Notes under the pieces: model-generated
Database searches by the model: none
Told to the model about the DNA's origin: nothing
Seen by the model: only the letters and a program-made list of their open reading frames with translations
Translations under genes and position numbers: made by a program
Source of the DNA: a virus
IMG/VR virus record: IMGVR_UViG_3300009034_000013
Coordinates: 1-64,000 of that record
DNA: 64,000 bases
Direction: 5' to 3' (one strand)
In this document: one piece after another, positions 60,483 through 64,000 of the stretch
Layout of the letters: every line of letters begins with the position of its first letter
How positions within the stretch are numbered: the stretch's first letter is position 1

Positions 60483-60600
60483 GAGCGAGCTACAAATAAG
60501 GAGTAAACCATTGTTCTTGAGCGAGCCAGGAGATTTGAGTAAACCAAGAAAATAGAGCGAGTCAAGGGAAGAGAGAAAACCATCTCTATAGAACGTATTA
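60483..60600 (+). ncRNA. TIGR-like dual-repeat guide array 2 (3 units, 36-nt period)
   Basis: GAGCGAGCCA-type repeats at 60483, 60519, 60555, 60591; GAGTAAACCA-type repeats at 60501, 60537, 60573; 8-nt spacers. Confidence 0.9.
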
Positions 60601-60690
60601 AAAAGGCAGGATAAAAAAACCATGCCTAATTTGAAAGTTTTTTTCAAATTTTGTGTTTAAATTATTATAATATAAGTATAGGGGAATAAA

Positions 60691-62535
60691 ATGTATGAAA
60701 TAATGAAATTATTTAAATCAGTATTAGTAAAACAGAAAAATGTTACAGGATCTCCTTATATTAGAAAAGGAATATTATATACTCCTGATGTTGGAAATGA
60801 ATATAAGGATATTGATTCTATAATAAATATGGCAGAAAAGATATTTTTACTTTCTGCAAAACAAATAAATAGTTCTTTTCATAAATCATGGCAGAAAATC
60901 AGAGATGTAAATATAGAACAGCTTGTATTAGAGCAAATTATCCATTATATAACTACATATGGTTTTGAATCTCTAAATATTTATAATAGCGAATCTGTAT
61001 ATATTCCAAGAGAGAAATTAGAATTACCAGAAATAGATATAGATAAAATTGAGTTGATTGTTATAAAAGGAATTACTAAAGAAGAATTAAAGGAAAAATT
61101 AATGAAAATGATGTGTTCTGGAATTGCTCTTGATGAAAATACTATTAAAGATATTGTAAATATTATTACTGATAATGATATTGGATTTGATAATGAAGAT
61201 GTTAGAAATATAAAAAATAAAGAAATAAAATCAATTATAATGGATAAATTAAGTTTAGTACCAGATGATCCAGTTGAATATTTGAGATATATTATTTATA
61301 AAATGACAGGTGAAACTTTGTTGATTAAAAATAAAGAGTTAATAGAAAAGATAAAAGAAAATCAGAAAATATTTTCTCTGTTAAAAATTGATGAACATAG
61401 TCAAAGAAAATTAGCCAGTATATTTTATCGATTCAAACCTTTATTTTTAGCAATGAAAGGAACCCCAACAACAAATAAAATAATAAATAGAATAAGAAAA
61501 TTAGCAAAGAAATATCATAGACCGATGAAACAAGATTATCTAAATAATATAACAAATCAAAAGTATATAGATATACTTTTTTTCAAGAAAGAACTTAATA
61601 AGGTTAATATTTTCAGAAAAATAAGATTAGCAAATGCTATAAAATATAGAATGTTAAATAGTGGTTCAATTGTATACAGAATAAGAAATGGAAAAAGTTA
61701 TTCTACAGAAAATAAAAAGAGAGATAAAGATTATTATGATAATATATATGAAATAATAGAAAAGAGTATAAAGGATGATATAAAAGAGATCATAGGAAAT
61801 AAGAAAATATATATACCAGATTATATAAAGTATACTTTACCATCTTCTGAAAAACAATTTTCTGATAATGTTCCATTAGGTACAAATATAACTGTGAAAG
61901 AGAATATGGTTTTTGGGGTGTACTGGAAGAATGTTGATAAAAATAGAATTGATTTGGATTTGTCTTTATTATCTGTTGATAGTAAATTTGGATGGGATGC
62001 AAGATATAGAAATGAAGAAAGAAGTATATTGTTTTCTGGGGATATGACAGATGCTTGTGATGGAGCTTCTGAATTATATTACATAGAAAAAAATAAACCC
62101 GGTATTTATTTAGTGATGTTAAATTATTATAATTATAATAAATACGAAGAAAAAGATATTCCAGTTCCTTTTAGAATATTTATTGCAGATGAAAAAATAA
62201 ATTTGATTGAAAAGAATTATATGGTTAATCCTGAAAATATATTGATAAATATAAATACTGAAATAAAAAGAAAACAGAAATTATTAGGATTAGTAAAAAT
62301 AGATGAAAATAAAAGTATATTTTATTTTTGTGAAACAAACATAGGAATGTCAATAACATCAAGTGATAATGAATATATGAAACATTGCAGAAATTATTTA
62401 AAAGATTTTTATAGTAATTTAATGAATTTAAATGATATGATAGGAGATGTAACTAAGAAAAATGAATGTGATATTGATTTATCACCTAAAAATCTAACAA
62501 AAGATAAATTATTGGATATTATAATAAAGACATAA
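60691..62535 (+). CDS. helical N-terminal + TerD-like C-terminal protein
   Basis: FGVYW...IDLDLS...GWD...FSGDMTDA.DGASE TerD-like motif; long helical, basic N-terminal region. Confidence 0.65.
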   Translation: MYEIMKLFKSVLVKQKNVTGSPYIRKGILYTPDVGNEYKDIDSIINMAEKIFLLSAKQINSSFHKSWQKIRDVNIEQLVLEQIIHYITTYGFESLNIYNSESVYIPREKLELPEIDIDKIELIVIKGITKEELKEKLMKMMCSGIALDENTIKDIVNIITDNDIGFDNEDVRNIKNKEIKSIIMDKLSLVPDDPVEYLRYIIYKMTGETLLIKNKELIEKIKENQKIFSLLKIDEHSQRKLASIFYRFKPLFLAMKGTPTTNKIINRIRKLAKKYHRPMKQDYLNNITNQKYIDILFFKKELNKVNIFRKIRLANAIKYRMLNSGSIVYRIRNGKSYSTENKKRDKDYYDNIYEIIEKSIKDDIKEIIGNKKIYIPDYIKYTLPSSEKQFSDNVPLGTNITVKENMVFGVYWKNVDKNRIDLDLSLLSVDSKFGWDARYRNEERSILFSGDMTDACDGASELYYIEKNKPGIYLVMLNYYNYNKYEEKDIPVPFRIFIADEKINLIEKNYMVNPENILININTEIKRKQKLLGLVKIDENKSIFYFCETNIGMSITSSDNEYMKHCRNYLKDFYSNLMNLNDMIGDVTKKNECDIDLSPKNLTKDKLLDIIIKT

Positions 62536-62789
62536 AAAGTTCCTATGAATAGATTATGGAGGAGAGATCCTCTATTAAATTACTTTTTGTCTTTAAAATA
62601 AAAGCATAGAAAGTTCCTATAAATAAAAAACTTGAAATTTTTTACTTTCTGTTTTTAATGATAAGTCAAAGAAAGTTCCTATAAATAAAAACTATGGGTG
62701 TTTACTTACTTTCCGACTTTTTTAGAAATTATTGGGATCAAAGGAAGTTCCTAAAAATTAAGACTGCAAATCTATTACTTCCCGATTCT
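62525..62789 (+). ncRNA. array of four covarying stem-loop units with conserved AAGTTCCTA...TTACTT core
   Basis: Units at 62525-95, 62599-657, 62663-719, 62734-789; compensatory changes in the stems. Confidence 0.8.
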
Positions 62790-62814
62790 TATTTAATAGT
62801 ATAGGAGAAAGAAT

Positions 62815-62979
62815 ATGACAATTAAACAAGTGACATTAAGAAGAGTTTTTAATTTAGGTAATTATGAAACTCTTCATATAGAATTACAAGCGGATATAGA
62901 TAAAAATGAAGATGTAAAAGAAGTATTGGACGATTTACATCAAGAAGCTAAAAAATATAAAAGATATACGAAATCTTAA
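62815..62979 (+). CDS. small conserved phage protein
   Basis: AGGAG RBS; FNLGNYET motif; below the ORF-track size cutoff. Confidence 0.65.
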   Translation: MTIKQVTLRRVFNLGNYETLHIELQADIDKNEDVKEVLDDLHQEAKKYKRYTKS

Positions 62980-62987
62980 TAATATTT

Positions 62988-64000
62988 ATGAAAAGGAAGA
63001 AGATTGATTTGTTTCAGGAGAGACAAATTATAATTAATATGATTGTATCAACCAGATTTTTAAAAGAAATATCAAATATAGTTCAACCAAAATATTTTAA
63101 ATCACAATATGGAAAATTAATAAGTAGATGGATTTTAGAATATTGGAATGAATTTAAAATTGCTCCTGGAAAACAAATCCAAAATATTTTTTATCAAAAA
63201 GGAACATTTATTCAAGACGAAGATGATCGTGAAGATGTTTCAGATTTTTTATCTTTTCTATCTAAAGAATGGGAGGAGATAGAAAAAGAACAAAATATTG
63301 ATTTTTTAATTAAGAATGCTATTCATTATTTGAAAATAAGATCATTAGAAATATTAAAAGATAAATTGGAATCCTCTATTATTGAAGGAAATCCGCTTAA
63401 GGGGGAACAAAATATTATAGAATATAATAGAGTTGAAAAAATAAGTGGAATTGGAGTATCTTTGTTAAAAGATAGTTCTGCTATTATATCTGCCTTTCTT
63501 GAAGAGAATGAGATAATGTTTAAATTTCCTGGAGTGTTTGGGGAAGTATGTGGATTATTTCTTCGAGGAGATTTAGTGTCATTTTTAGCTGCCGCAAAAA
63601 AGGGAAAAACTTGGCTTCAACTTTATATAGGAGAAACAGCAGCGGCTTATGGTTATAAGACGATAATATTTACATTAGAGATGACACAAAATCAAATATT
63701 AAGAAGGGGATGGCAATTACTTGTTGGAATGCCAAGAATATCTGGATCAATTTTAATTCCACGATTTGAAAAAACAAATACTGATAAAAAGAAAAGATGG
63801 AAAGTGATAATGAGTAAGAAAAAGAAAAAGGGAGTAAATGTTTCAAATATAGAGAAGGAACAGAAAAAGTTAAAAACTATTTTTAGATCAGGTGATTTGA
63901 AAATAGTAACTCTACCAGCTTATTCAGCAACGATAGAAGATTTGGAAGCATATTTAGATAATTTTTATTATTTTGAGAATTATGTTCCTGATGTTATAAT
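62988..64000 (+). CDS. DnaB-like replicative helicase (3'-truncated)
   Basis: Frame reads MKRKKIDLFQERQII...RGDLVSFLAAAKKGKTW...IFTLEM and appears open to the window end. Confidence 0.85.
   Translation, partial: MKRKKIDLFQERQIIINMIVSTRFLKEISNIVQPKYFKSQYGKLISRWILEYWNEFKIAPGKQIQNIFYQKGTFIQDEDDREDVSDFLSFLSKEWEEIEKEQNIDFLIKNAIHYLKIRSLEILKDKLESSIIEGNPLKGEQNIIEYNRVEKISGIGVSLLKDSSAIISAFLEENEIMFKFPGVFGEVCGLFLRGDLVSFLAAAKKGKTWLQLYIGETAAAYGYKTIIFTLEMTQNQILRRGWQLLVGMPRISGSILIPRFEKTNTDKKKRWKVIMSKKKKKGVNVSNIEKEQKKLKTIFRSGDLKIVTLPAYSATIEDLEAYLDNFYYFENYVPDVI

Noticed and set aside
58839-60600. CRISPR array
   Set aside because: Repeats are 10 nt and alternate between two types, spacers are 8 nt, and there are no cas genes.

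Overview
Very AT-rich 64-kb segment of a large tailed dsDNA phage genome (siphovirus-like). It is truncated at both ends, and no integrase or host genes are visible. Layout: (1) 1-39.5 kb, + strand: terminase, portal, protease/scaffold, capsid, tail and lysis genes. An approximately 9-kb nonulosonic (sialic-like) acid synthesis, transfer, sulfation and methylation cluster sits between the head and tail genes, and an APS kinase gene lies further on. (2) 39.6-44 kb, - strand: early-type genes whose leaders carry two hammerhead ribozymes and two tandem tRNA-elbow-like mini-structures. (3) 44.5-64 kb, + strand: replication and recombination genes (initiator with iterons, split Rad50, Mre11 split by an HNH gene, primase, SNF2 helicase, DnaB-like helicase). 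The most striking region is an RNA-protein island at 58.8-62.8 kb. It holds two 36-nt-period dual-repeat arrays flanking a ParB-like gene and a nuclease-less Nop/IS110-C-terminal-domain gene (TIGR-TasA-like RNA-guided system). These are followed by a 614-aa helical + TerD-like protein and a 4-unit array of covarying stem-loops that I cannot assign to a known family. All protein calls come from motif recognition by eye; no database searches were run.
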